Positions 24,101-36,896 are shown, counted from the first letter of the stretch. The stretch is DNA of 64,000 nucleotides from Basidiobolus meristosporus CBS 931.73 (GCA_002104905.1 MCFE01000050.1:124001-188000), one strand, 5' to 3'. The notes: generated by a model from the letters alone, not told the origin. Numbers and translations: made by a program.

Positions 24101-24463
24101 GATGCGTTGCAAGAACCAGTGGACAATAGTGCAAAATACCGCCATGAACAAACGACCACCAGAAACCATGCAAAAGCATACCTACGTAGACCTCATCCAG
24201 CACCATATGACCCAGAGTATTACGAAGGGACCCCGTTGGTGATAGAGAAAGCCATCTACGACGATTTAGATGATTTCTCTCCATTGTCCAAATCCAACAC
24301 CTCATCTAAACCTCGCGTTGTCCCATCTCGTAACCCTGAAACTGAGGCTGCACCGACGAAGACGAGGAGTCCAGATGTCACACCACACAAACTATCGAAG
24401 AAGCAGGATCCAGCAAAGATCTACTCCCTCGATCGTCTACTAAACCTAATGTCGGAAAAGTAG
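21199..24463 (+). CDS. Uncharacterised ~1,030-aa protein: helical N-terminal domain plus long H/E/S/K/R/D-rich repeat tail
   Basis: ATG 21199. Introns 21292-21355 and 21475-21536 splice in frame into the 21595-23631 ORF. A frame change to the 23453-24463 ORF is resolved by a 34-nt GT-AG segment (23610-23643) or reflects a frameshift. Confidence 0.75.
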
Positions 24464-24731
24464 GCGATTGCTGGGAGAGCACACACGATCCATCACCATC
24501 GACATCACCACCACTACTGCCGAACATTCTTTGATAGACTTTCACATCTACAGGATGACCACTCTTTGACAGAGCGGCCCTCCACTTTGTAATATATGAA
24601 GCAGCGACGATTGTAAGCGATTTTGGATAGAGGCTTATTTTGTAATTAAAAGATAGAAGGATTTATATTGCGGAGCAAGATGTACATTGAAGGAGCATGT
24701 GGGAAACAGTTGAATGCAGGATATCACCCCA

Positions 24732-26146
24732 CTAACACGACCAAATCTCCAACTCCATACAGCTGAAGGCGGACGAAGTGGCCAGGACCTCATTGTCGAA
24801 GGTGGAGCATCTAGCGGAGAAGCCCCTGTCCAGGTTACCATCCAACCAGAGGCCAAACGTGCCATTTCTAAGAAGGCAGAACACGGGGGTCAGTCAGAGA
24901 AGAAGCCGAAATCCCCTCCACATCGGGATGGGTCAGTGAGAATGTAGTTACCCTCCACCCACGGCGATGAATCGGTTTTCAGATAACATGTAGTATTCGT
25001 TCTCGCCGGTACGCTTGTATACCTTGACCCGGGGGTGGCCGGGGTCGGGACGAAGCTTCCACAGGAAACTGAATGCAGGTTAGTACCGAGAGCAGATCCA
25101 TCCTCGATGCCATCCCTAGATAGTTACCATTCCCCGCCACCGTAATAGGATGGACTTGGTTTGAAATGCTCGGTAACGAAGGCCCCAAACACCTGTCGGC
25201 CGGATTAGCTCAAAGCGGGGGCAATCGAAAGTTCGCAGTACCTACCGAACCGCATGCATCCCGTATCACCAGCACCGAGGGTCCCTTGTTTTGGGTGATC
25301 TTGAACAGTGTGCTAAGGGTGCATCCGTGTTGCTCTAGACTGAACAAAAGTCTCCAGCTACGATTGAGGCGTAGGCGATGCGGGATGTGGCGAGAGATCT
25401 ACAGGACTCAAGGGTTAACTCGAAATCACCCACCTAAGACCATGCTTAAGTGAAACTATCACGGACCTGTTCGGCCATCCCCACCGTCAGGAGAGGTTCT
25501 TCGTCGAACGATCGGCCGATCAGTTGGATCGGGGGTAGCTCGAGGGCTTTCTGGAGAGGCTTCAGGAGGTTGACTTTAGAGGGCTCGATTGGCAAGGATA
25601 AGGTGCGTCTATGCACGTGTCTATAATTATGGGATAATGCTATGAACGAGTTGAGCTGGTCTTCGGGATCCGAGTGATACTCCTCATCCTCCTCGGTGTG
25701 GTGGGCATGTATGGAGGTGGAGTAGGACGATATCAGTCTGGCGGGATGATTGAAGTTCACTCGGTGTACCTGGCGTGGAACCATTGTAGGAACCGAGTGG
25801 GCTCTCCACTTTCTCACAGTGTGTCTGCCAGCTTTGTCGGATAGTTTAGGGGAGCCAGGAGGCGATACTGCATTACACTAAGACACGGGAACGAGAACAA
25901 GGGATCGAGTTAGTATGGGCCAACATCTGGTCCACAACAAACACCCCTTACCTGTACAGCAACATAATCGACAGCAATCGTACCTTTATCTTGAACCTGG
26001 GGGAAGATCCAGTGGTGCCCACCGCTAGCCTTAGAGGTCAGCATAGGGGATCGATGATGCCTTTTGCTTATTGAAGGGTGTGGATGACCAGATAGCCTGT
26101 GAAGGGTAGAGGTAGTTGGCATTGTAGATCGACACCTGGATGGCAT
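24732..26146 (-). CDS. OXR1: TLDc-domain oxidation resistance protein, paralogue 2 (multi-exon)
   Basis: Spliced: PPIQLIGRSFDEEPLLTVGMAEQISRHIPHRLRLNRSWRLLFSLEQHGCTLSTL…VFGAFVTEHFKPSPSYYGGGECFLWKL…FGLWLDGNLDRGFSARCSTFDNEVL…ELEIWSC*. Confidence 0.85.
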
Positions 26147-27468
26147 GTTCGCTTTGTATATAAAGGGAGAGGGAGTTAAGTGGGAATAAAAAGAGGGAAG
26201 TTTTAGTGATTCCGGTTAGGAAATCCAGTAATTTCTATTAGAATGAAGGTAAGTGTGTTGAGGGTAGGGGTGGGCAACAAGCATCCTTGTCACGTTTTTA
26301 TAGCGACTGCGGGATCGGTGGGAAGTGGTGATCCACGGTCCACTAATAAAAGCTGTGCTACAGCCTTTGGTCCATAAATAACTCTTGTACACTGATAATA
26401 ATACATGCATGCAGTCCAAAATTTTCCATCCAGCTCAAACCCATCTTGCTTTGAACATGAACGAATCCCACCGCATGATGTATGAAACTACCATAACATC
26501 TGATTTCCACAGTGGGATTACCATGGGTGCAACAACCAGTCCACGTGTGTTGGGCTTGGTTGATGGCCTATCCTGGATGTTTGGTGTGTGCTCTGTGGCT
26601 TAGATGGATCAATCGTCATCCCCAGCATATTTCTGCCGTAACCGGACTCTAACAAACGCCGGAATAGTGAGAACGAGTAAACATAATCAACTTGATTAAC
26701 AAACGTATTGTTGATTCTGGATGTGGCTGCGAGGGGGATCTCATCATCGAATCCATTCCCAATCACTCGGCTCTCCTGCTCTGTTCCGGAACGGACATGA
26801 GCGCTGGATGTGAACATCATACCCAGAGCGTGAGTAAAGGTTTCGGAAGAACGCTCGTGACCTCAGGAGATCGAGGTTTGGTTCACTAGGTTTTACTACG
26901 TATTCCCTATCAAAGTAAATTGAACCATAATACCTCTACCTGAACCAAGGTGCAATCGCTTCACACATCACAGCTTCAGCTTCACCCACGCCAGGGGTAG
27001 GGTCAAGCCTAAGCCATCACGTCCCCCAGGAGCAAAACCCCCTTCCTTAGAATAGAGGCCAAGTACATGGTGGCGAATGCAAGAGCACAGAATAGGCCAA
27101 TTTATATATATTCACGTATATACATAGTTATACGTTTCACTAAAAGCAGATGACCAACGACCACTTCCATCCCGATACTGGGCAACATTACCATGGTTGG
27201 GAAAGACAGTCATGGCGATACCCTTAAGAAACATCAGTCTGGCCCCGAAGCTGGATCTTTCTTTTGGGATTGGACTAAATCAAGTGAAATTGAATGGCTA
27301 TCTCGCTCACCGTCCACCAATTATGGCCCGCCACTAACGGTTAAGGAGGGTGGGATGCGTTTTGAGAAAAGGCAAACCAGCGGAAAGTCCCTATAAATAG
27401 CTTGGGGAGCGCCGGGGGAATTTAAGCTCCACGCCATCCTTAACATCGCCCACTCGCCTTCCATAGAT

Positions 27469-28195
<727 letters not shown>

Positions 28196-28449
28196 GCGTC
28201 AAAGCTTGGTGCTATCCCATAATAGAAACCACTTGTCCCTTTAGCGGCCCCCCCCACAGTTACATCACTTTATCAAATAATGAGCTAATGTACAGCTGAT
28301 GTATATATTGGCCAAATAAATCCTGACCGATCAAAGATGATGTTCCGATCGAATATAGAAAGAACCACCCTCCAGAAACGTCATTTGACAGTATCGGTTA
28401 GTTCAGCACATTCCCCGATATAAATACCAATGTCGCAGAGACCACGCCC

Positions 28450-28868
28450 ATGGCTGAGTATCCAGAAATATTCAACGGTCTTGACGACGCTGAGCTGACA
28501 GAAGTTAGAGGTAAACCAGTCCATGCTTTGTTGTGTTTTTTCAGTGTTTGACTGTGCATACTTCAGCCCGGGAACGCACGTTTGATGGAGCGTATTGGCG
28601 CTCGGCACTAAGTGTCCTTGGCAGAGGCGTGGTTGTACTTAAGGTATTCACCCACGAGTTCTACAAAATGGGAATGGTTTATATTGCTTTGGGGATTGGC
28701 CTCTTGCTGATCGCTATACATCGACGTCGATCGTTTTACCGCGACTTGGACATGAACAACGGCTACAAAACCAGCGGGAAATCCGTAGTCCTTATAGGCT
28801 TGATGGCGATATCGGCCTACATACTCATGCTGATATTTTTGTTTGAAATTATCGATCATGGAAGCTGA
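28450..28868 (+). CDS. Small membrane protein, DUF202-like
   Basis: Spliced MAEYPEIFNGLDDAELTEVRARERTFDGAYWRSAL followed by three hydrophobic segments and YKTSGKSVV. Confidence 0.75.
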
Positions 28869-29059
28869 TTCCGTATTGCTGAATACCACCTTGCTGCGCT
28901 CTGTAAATAAATCATAGAGAAATTAAATTTAATCAAACTTTCCACAGATATCCAGAGTTCAATTTAATCAACTTGATCTTCGAACAGCCATTGCACAGAT
29001 AAACCTAATCCACCTTGGTCTTCAAGCAACCATTCCCACATATCCCTCGAGTACGTGAT

Positions 29060-29084
29060 CTTCTCGCAAGTTCCAGCAATTTCC
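29060..29084. promoter_or_regulatory. Heat-shock-element-like array cTTCt-cGCAa-gTTCc-aGCAa-tTTCc
   Basis: TTC at exact 10-bp spacing three times, with GCA in place of GAA. About 475 bp upstream of Hsp90. Confidence 0.5.
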
Positions 29085-29376
29085 AGCCGATCGAATGCCG
29101 TCGATGGCTCCTGAGCATTCGTACCCAATGATACACCATCAGTCTCGGAAAAGCAGAAGGGTTTATCAGCCAATCACGAATCGACAAAGGGGAATTTCCA
29201 TACCATTCCATTGGTGAGGAGAGACGCAGCCCACAATATTGGAGAAATATCGGATTGCCAGCAGGGAATTGGGGGGAATCTCAGCGCAAGCAAAACAAAA
29301 GTGGATAAATAAAAAAAAATCGGACAAAAAAACGCAAGCGAACTAAGCACAGATCAGCTAATGCGTAGAGAGTGAT

Positions 29377-29406
29377 CGAATAAATACGAATATACTAGAA
29401 TGTTTT
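29377..29406. promoter_or_regulatory. Step-type heat shock element upstream of Hsp90
   Basis: GAA at 29378, 29388 and 29398 (10-bp period). TATA-like TTTATAAG near 29,470. Confidence 0.55.
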
Positions 29407-29558
29407 TGTTCCATCTCATTCCATGGAACGAATGGATCTGGGGAGGAAAACAACGAAACGGCAAAACCTTTATAAGCTAGCGACGCACCTTCCCTGGCAA
29501 GTCGTATTTCTCTTTTACTTTACTTTTACCTTTAAGTAACTTAAACCGGATAAATATA

Positions 29559-31682
29559 ATGTCTGACAACACCGAGACCTTCGCTTTCCAGGCTGAGATC
29601 AGCCAGTTGATGTCCTTGATCATCAACACCTTCTACTCCAACAAGGAAATCTTCCTTCGTGAGTTGATCTCTAACGCCTCCGATGCCCTTGACAAGATTC
29701 GTTACGAATCCTTGACCGATCCTTCCAAGCTCGATGCCCAAAAGGATCTTTTCATCCGCATCATTCCCGATAAGGAGAACAAGATTCTTTGCATCCGTGA
29801 TTCCGGTATTGGTATGACCAAGGCTGACCTCGTTAACAGCCTCGGTACCATCGCCAAGTCTGGCACCAAGGCTTTCATGGAGGCTCTCTCCGCTGGTGCC
29901 GATGTCTCCATGATTGGTCAATTCGGTGTCGGTTTCTACTCCGCCTACCTCGTTGCCGACAAGGTTGAGGTCATCACCAAGCACAACGATGACGAGCAAT
30001 ACATCTGGGAATCCGCTGCCGGTGGTTCTTTCACCATCACCCTCGATACCGTCAACGAGCCTTTGGGCCGTGGTACCGAGCTCAGACTCCACATGAAGGA
30101 GGACCAACTCGAATATCTCGAGGAGAAGACCATCAAGGATATTGTCAAGAAGCACTCCGAGTTCATTGGCTATCCTATCCAACTCGTCGTCGAGAAGGAG
30201 GTCGAAACCGAGGTTCCTGATGATGAGGCCGAGGAGGAAGTCAAGGAGGAGGAAGACAAGGACGAGAACTCCGCCAAGATCGAGGAGATCGAGGATGAGG
30301 AGGAAGACAAGGACAAGAAGAAGACCAAGAAGATCAAGGAGATCAAGAAGGAGACCGAGGAGCTTAACAAGACCAAGCCCCTCTGGACCCGTAACCCCGA
30401 TGATGTTACCCCCGAGGAGTACTCCGCCTTCTACAAGGCTCTCAGCAACGACTGGGAAGACCACCTTGCCGTCAAGCACTTCTCCGTTGAAGGTCAGCTT
30501 GAGTTCCGTGCTCTCCTCTACGTTCCTAAGCGTGCTCCTTTCGATCTCTTCGAATCCAAGAAGAAGAGAAACAACATCAAGCTCTATGTCCGCCGTGTCT
30601 TCATCATGGATGACTGCGAGGACTTGATCCCTGAATGGCTCAACTTCATCAAGGGTGTCGTCGACTCCGAGGATTTGCCCCTCAACATTTCTCGTGAAAT
30701 CCTTCAACAAAACAAGATTCTTAAGGTCATCCGCAAGAACCTTGTCAAGAAGTGCCTCGAGATGTTCGCTGAAATCGCCGAGGACAAGGAGAACTTCAAC
30801 AAGTTCTACGAGGCCTTCGGTAAGAACATCAAGCTCGGTATCCACGAAGATTCCCAAAACCGTGAGAAGTTGGCCGACTTGCTCCGTTACCACTCCACCA
30901 AGTCTGGTGACGAAGTTACCTCCCTCAAGGACTACGTTACCCGTATGCCCGAGAAGCAAAAGAACATCTACTACATCACTGGTGAGTCTAGACAAGCTGT
31001 TGAGAACTCTCCCTTCTTGGAAGTTTTGAAGAAGAAGGGCTTCGAAGTTTTGTTCATGGTTGACCCTATTGATGAGTACGCCGTTCAACAACTCAAGGAA
31101 TACGACGGTAAGAAGCTCATGTGCGCCACCAAGGAAGGTCTTGAGCTTGAAGAAGATGAGGAGGAGAAGAAGCAATGGGAAGAGCAAAAGCAATCCTATG
31201 AGGAATTGTGCAAGCAAATCAAGGAGATCCTTGGTGACAAGGTCGAGAAGGTCACCGTCTCCAACCGTGTTGTCTCCTCCCCATGCGTTTTGGTCACTGG
31301 CCAATTCGGTTGGTCCGCCAACATGGAGCGTATCATGAAGGCTCAAGCTCTTCGTGACTCCTCCATGTCTTCCTACATGGCCTCCAAGAAGACCATGGAG
31401 TTGAACCCCAACCACTCCATTGTCAAGTCTCTCAAGGAAAGAGTTGATGCCGACAAGAACGACAAGACCGTCAAGGACTTGACCTACTTGTTGTACGAAA
31501 CCTCTCTCCTCGCCTCTGGATTCTCCTTGGACGATCCCTCCGGTTTCGCCAGCCGCATCCACCGTATGATCAAGTTGGGCTTGAGCATTGACGAAGAGGA
31601 ACCCGTCCAAGAAGATGCCCCTGCCGACTTGCCTGCTCTTGACGAAGTCGACGAGGCTTCCAAGATGGAAGAAGTTGATTAA
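29559..31682 (+). CDS. HSP90: Cytosolic Hsp90 chaperone (intronless, strong codon bias)
   Basis: [34 protein letters not shown]; [15 protein letters not shown]; C-terminal MEEVD. Confidence 0.99.
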   Translation: MSDNTETFAFQAEISQLMSLIINTFYSNKEIFLRELISNASDALDKIRYESLTDPSKLDAQKDLFIRIIPDKENKILCIRDSGIGMTKADLVNSLGTIAKSGTKAFMEALSAGADVSMIGQFGVGFYSAYLVADKVEVITKHNDDEQYIWESAAGGSFTITLDTVNEPLGRGTELRLHMKEDQLEYLEEKTIKDIVKKHSEFIGYPIQLVVEKEVETEVPDDEAEEEVKEEEDKDENSAKIEEIEDEEEDKDKKKTKKIKEIKKETEELNKTKPLWTRNPDDVTPEEYSAFYKALSNDWEDHLAVKHFSVEGQLEFRALLYVPKRAPFDLFESKKKRNNIKLYVRRVFIMDDCEDLIPEWLNFIKGVVDSEDLPLNISREILQQNKILKVIRKNLVKKCLEMFAEIAEDKENFNKFYEAFGKNIKLGIHEDSQNREKLADLLRYHSTKSGDEVTSLKDYVTRMPEKQKNIYYITGESRQAVENSPFLEVLKKKGFEVLFMVDPIDEYAVQQLKEYDGKKLMCATKEGLELEEDEEEKKQWEEQKQSYEELCKQIKEILGDKVEKVTVSNRVVSSPCVLVTGQFGWSANMERIMKAQALRDSSMSSYMASKKTMELNPNHSIVKSLKERVDADKNDKTVKDLTYLLYETSLLASGFSLDDPSGFASRIHRMIKLGLSIDEEEPVQEDAPADLPALDEVDEASKMEEVD

Positions 31683-31850
31683 ATCCAACGGGAGTTGGGA
31701 ATCAACATTGTTAAATAGTTTTTTCACTTTGAATCGCTTTGTACTCCGAATAACTACTCCTCATAATTGCATAGATTCAATACCACGATGTTTCTTAGGG
31801 TTATTTATTTAATAAAGTAATCTCACAGAGATGTCGAAATCTACATGTCT

Positions 31851-32615
31851 TCAGTAAAACATTGGTTTCCTGGAGGATTTGTTGGTTTTGGACTGAAGGC
31901 ACGGATTATTATGAAAATTGGTGGACTTTGCGGGATCCGGCACGGACGAGGGGGATGCCATGGTGATGAAAGTGGATTTGCAATTCGGAAATTTCCATCT
32001 CCACACTTCCTTACCGGAGCTGGCGCTTAGGGCAAACACTTGTTTTTTGCAGGTCATGAATAGGAGGGAATTTTGGTGGTCCAATAATAGAAGAGGGATC
32101 CCGTGTTGCACCTCCGGTAGACACATTTTCCACCGGATGCTGCTGGTTTCTTTGTCGATGGCTCTTACGTCGGATAAGGATGCGACGAATATTAGGCCTG
32201 GGTCCAGCGTGGGCTGCACGTTGTCGTGCGCGGGGTTGGGATTAGCGGCGGTCGAAATGCTAGTTTCCTGGCCACCCAAGTGTCTCGGGGGCTGTGTTAT
32301 TGACGTGGTTGAGATTTCATAGGAAGGCGGTGAGGCCTGTGTGGGGAAGGAAGGTGTGGCCAACACGCTAACATGGTAGTAGCCCAAATCAGTGACGTGA
32401 TTGCGCCAGACCTCTTCTCCGTTGCTTAACCGTAGGGCAGCTATCTTGCCCTCTACGCCGCAGATCAGCAAATCCGACGGAGCAGGGCAGCAATACAAGG
32501 CAATGGAAAGTTCGGAGCCACATACATATGATCTCCACACAACGATTCCAGTGAACTTTTCGAAGGCGTAGACATATCCCTGTGCACCGCAAAGTAACAG
32601 TGTACTCAAGTCCAT
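31851..32615 (-). CDS. PQQ-like beta-propeller repeat protein (intronless)
   Basis: Four blade motifs: VYAFEKFTGIVVWR, IAALRLSNGEEVWR, VRAIDKETSSIRWK, VFALSASSGKEVWR. Confidence 0.75.
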   Translation of the reverse strand: MDLSTLLLCGAQGYVYAFEKFTGIVVWRSYVCGSELSIALYCCPAPSDLLICGVEGKIAALRLSNGEEVWRNHVTDLGYYHVSVLATPSFPTQASPPSYEISTTSITQPPRHLGGQETSISTAANPNPAHDNVQPTLDPGLIFVASLSDVRAIDKETSSIRWKMCLPEVQHGIPLLLLDHQNSLLFMTCKKQVFALSASSGKEVWRWKFPNCKSTFITMASPSSVPDPAKSTNFHNNPCLQSKTNKSSRKPMFY

Positions 32616-32975
32616 CGAGCGCTATGTTCGTGGACAAACAAATGCTAGATCGGATATGGACATGGTTGGACTAATTAAGCGAGAGAATCGACCCCGAGCC
32701 ACGCATTTTTGGAATTGGATAGTCATGGTGACCATAGGCAAATACACAGTCCAATTGCCTTTAGCCTCCTCGCATAATCGGCATAACTACGGAGAATCCC
32801 CGGGCATCGTTTACCTGCTGTATAGTTGTATTTCATTATTTGCTCTATGCTCACGCCTGATCGTTTTCTGTATGTTTGTATTTCATAGCCATGATCTAGA
32901 CTTGTTGGTAAAATTGTCAGCCATTTATTTATCGAATAGATAAGATGTCTGTTGAGTGGTCAAGATCCGGGGAAT

Positions 32976-34624
32976 TTAGCAAGCGCCTAGATCAGTCCAA
33001 ACATTCTGTCCGTTGTTACCAGGAGTATCGTTCTGAGTCCACCACTTCGCTTGCCAAAGATGCCCGTTATAGGTAGCCTTTTGAGCCCCATTGTAAGCGA
33101 CGCTGGAACTCCAGGCGGCAACTCCGGTGCAGATGCCGGTTCCAGATGTGGGGGAAGGCTTGGTGGTGGTGGAGGTGGTGACAGAGGTAGTGGTAGTGGG
33201 GCTTGTGACCTGACTCTGGGTTTTAGAGGTGGTTGCGGTAGAGCTGGTGGCTGGAACTGAGGTTTGGGTTGGAGTGGTGGATGTTGGTGAGGGGTTGGTG
33301 GCAGTAGTTGTTGCACCAGGTTGACGGATACCTTGGATTGCATTTAGCAACTCATCATTACCATCATTGGTCATATCCCAGTACATCACTCCACGAAGTC
33401 CTTGCTGCTTGGTATAGTCGACCTTGACCTTCAGCGATTGAGGATCGTCGTAGGAGATGTATGTTTTGCTACTGGCGCTGAACAACCAAGGAGTCTGGGT
33501 GGTATTGTCCCAGTAACGACTCCACCCAGCAACAGGACTGGTCGGGCCACTTGTTAGGATCTGGCTTCTAAGGTATTTCCAAGCCCAGAGTCCGCCGTAG
33601 GAGGTTCCCTCATTGCAGAAAAAGTTTGGATCATTCGAGTCGGATGGATCTCCTTTGGGAACCACGGCCTCCTTGGCCACATACTGATTGGATGGGTCGG
33701 AGTTCATGTCGACCTTGGCAGTTAGTGATCTTCCGTAGAAGGGCAGGCCCATGACCAGCTTGTTGGCCGGCCATTTGGCGTTCAACCAAGCTTGCATGGC
33801 TTGACGGAATGAGAATGGATCTCCACGCTTTGTGTCATAGTCAAACGGAGCATTGGGACCAGTAGTTGCTGACCAGTCTCCCATGATATCGTAGGCCATA
33901 ACATTAATAAAGTCAAAATATTGCGCATATTGTGAGACATCTGGAAGTGGAGTCCCATTTGGCCCGTCGAATGGCTGCACCCTAACCGCTGCAGTCAGAA
34001 GTTTGTGCTCATTAGGGAACTCCTTGTCGAGTGCAGCGCGAAGCTCCTTCAGCAGCAACAGGTAGTTGGCCGAGTCGGCGGCATCATACACATTACAGAC
34101 AGCGGCAGCTCTGCCAGGGTATTCCCAGTCGATGTCGATGCCGTCAAGGTCCCAGCCATTCGGAATGCCATCATCGCTGGTCTTCGTGTTCTTGCGGACA
34201 AACACCAAAGCGTTGTTGATGAACTTCTGGCGAAGAGCTGGATCCTTGACTACAAGAGAGAAAGTCTGGCTTCCGGTCCAACCTCCGATGGACATCTGAA
34301 CCTTGACACCTTTAGCCTTGGCAAGATCCCTCAGCTTTTGAATGGCATCCCCGTCATAGTAAGGATCTATGAAGATGTTGGCGGGATCATTTTTCTTGGT
34401 CAAGACACCGAAACCTAGAAGACAACGACATTAGCGGATGAATGGAACCTGACAGCTGGAGTGAGATGCATACCGTAGTTGATGTGGGTTACTTTGTCGT
34501 AGCTGAGCTGGTTGGGCTCAACATTCCCCCAGGGAACGTAGTAGCCAACAACGACCTTGTCACCATCAGCCAGGATCAAAGGGACAAAGGCCAATGCAGA
34601 GAGCAGAGCGACTGTGAACTTCAT
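32976..34624 (-). CDS. Secreted GH18 chitinase A with Ser/Thr/Pro linker and C-terminal CBM5/12 (ChtBD3) module
   Basis: Signal peptide MKFTVALLSALAFVPLILA. One intron (~34,415-34,472). Catalytic DGIDIDWEY. Tail AWSSSVAYNGAQKATYNGHLWQAKWWTQNDTPG. Confidence 0.95.
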
Positions 34625-35271
34625 TGCTTGAAGATTTCTGATTCTCAAGTCCAGCCCAAGCTTCGCTTATATAGCTGTCATGTACTCCGTCTGCCGTTGC
34701 ACCTTTCATGAGTGAACGCGATGAAGAGCTTATGATGGAAATTCCATATAAGTCTTTATTAGAATTGCTCATTAGCTAGTAAAGTTGGACAGTGAGATGA
34801 GGGTATAGTTCGCAAGGTACACTGTTCGAGTCACCTGATCCGAACAACTCCTAAGACTAGCCTCCAACCTGAACGATGGCCAATTTGAAAGGATTTCTGC
34901 TGATCCCAGCGGTCACTGTCCATACTGAGTTAACATCACACTCTACTTTAACCTAAAATGGCGGGGTCACACGCAAACAAGTTTGCCGCTGCCTTGAATA
35001 AACGCGATTTGTTACAATCGTGTGTTGCACTCGAACCGGTGGAGGTTACGAGCAATTTAGCCATGTTGGTGGGCAAGCTACGTTACTGTTTAGTGATATG
35101 CACCGGCTCTTGCATTTGTTGGAAGCGTCAACAATCCATCAACGGATTCATGCAGGCTGGTAAACAAAGCTACGTTTGAGATCTACCAGAGATCCCAAGC
35201 ATCGACGGGGGCGGGTATATATTTGATTCCCAAGGGGTACGGTGCCGTGGAGATTTTTCTCTTTGGAAGCG

Positions 35272-36814
35272 ATGAGGCTTGACTTGCTCTTGATTTTCAC
35301 CCCATTTGTGATCGCTAAAGTATCCGGGGATGAAAACGATAAGGTCGTGGTCGGTTATTATGTTCCTTGGGGAAAGGTCCAACCTAACCAGCTTAACTAC
35401 GATAAAGTAACCCACATTAACTACGGTAAGCCTCGAGTTTGATGCCTTTGTTCGGCTGCTCATGCCTTCGCCCTCTAGGTTTCGGTGTTTTGACTAAAAA
35501 AGACGACCCTGCCAGCATCTTCATAGATCCTTTCTACGATGGGAATGCTATCAACAAATTGAAGGAATTGGCCAGGCCCAAAGGCGTCAAAATTCAGATG
35601 TCCATCGGAGGTTGGACCGGGAGCCAGACTTTCTCTCTTGTCGCAAGGGATCCAGCTCTTCGCCAGAAGTTCATCAACAACGCTTTGGTGTTTGTCCGCA
35701 AGAACACGAAAACTAGCAATGATGGCACTCCGAATGGCTGGGACCTTGACGGCATCGACATTGACTGGGAATACCCTGGCAGAGCTGCCGCTGTCTGTAA
35801 TGTGTATGATGCCGCCGACTCGGCCAACTACCTGTTGCTGCTGAAGGAGCTTCGCGCTGCACTCGACAAGGAGTTCCCTAATGAGCACAAACTTCTGACT
35901 GCAGCGGTTAGGGTGCAGCCATTCGACGGGCCAAACGGGACTCCACTTCCAGATGTCTCACAATATGCGCAATATTTTGACTTTATTAATGTTATGGCCT
36001 ACGATATTAATGGAGACTGGTCAGCAACTACTGGTCCCAATGCTCCGTTTGACCTATGACACCAAGGGAGGTGATGCCGCCTCATTCCGCCAGGCCATGG
36101 CAAGCTTGGTTGAACGCCAAATGGCCGGCCAACAAGCTGGTCATGGGCCTGCCCTTCTACGGAAGATCACTAACTGCCAAGGTCGACATGAACTCCGATC
36201 CATCCAATCAGTATGTGATAAAGGAGGGCAGTGTCCCCAGGGGGGACCCCACAGACTCCCTGGAATCGAACTCCTTCTGCCGAAGCGAATCAACATATGG
36301 TGGACTTTGGGCATGGAAATATCTTCGAAGCCAGATCTTGACAGATGGCCCGACCAGTCCTGTTGCTGGGTGGAGTCGTTACTGGGACAATACTACCCAG
36401 ACCCCCTGGTTGTTCAGTGCTAGTAGCAAAACATACATCTCCTATGACGACCCTCAATCATTAAGGATAAAGGTCGACTATACCAAGCAGCAAGGGCTTC
36501 GTGGGGTTATGTTTTGGGACATAACAAACGATCTGAACGATGAGTTGTTGGATACTCTCCAGGCAATCCGCGACTCCTCCTCCATAACTAACAGGAGAAC
36601 AACCACATCGAAGATCGCGAAGCAGATATCTTCCAATCCTTTAACCGAAGTCAACCTATGTGCCAATGCCTCCCCTTGGAGACCTGAGGTAGGCTACGGC
36701 GGAACGCAAAAAGTAATCTACAGGGGCCGCTTGTGGCAAGTAAAATGGCAAAACAAAGGTGACACCCCCGGAGAGGGAGCACGGAGTTGGAGCAATATCG
36801 GCGCTTGTAATTAA
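35272..36814 (+). pseudogene. GH18 chitinase B (inverted paralogue of A) with two +1 insertions: pseudogene or sequencing errors
   Basis: Same intron position and DGIDIDWEY. Extra C at ~36,054 and extra G at ~36,100 relative to copy A. Shorter linker and diverged CBM5/12. Confidence 0.85.
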
Positions 36815-36896
36815 CTATACTTGGCGTGGCCTTGCTGCACTTGTAATTAGTCATACTTGGCGTGGTCTTGCCGCGCTTGTAATTAGTCATACTTGA
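36804..36896 (+). repeat. 36-bp tandem repeat (~2.6 copies) spanning the chitinase B stop codon
   Basis: CTTGTAATTAACTATACTTGGCGTGGCCTTGCTGCA / CTTGTAATTAGTCATACTTGGCGTGGTCTTGCCGCG / CTTGTAATTAGTCATACTTGA. Confidence 0.9.

Noticed and set aside
26825-26836. U3 snoRNA box-B-like GAGCGTGA
   Set aside because: Boxes A/A' and a suitable C/D arrangement are missing.
29541-31727. 728-aa antisense ORF over Hsp90
   Set aside because: Shadow frame produced by the strong C-ending codon bias of Hsp90; well known for Hsp70/Hsp90 genes.
34005-35888. Paired 137-aa antisense ORFs in the two chitinases
   Set aside because: They are mirror images of the duplicated catalytic region, not independent genes.
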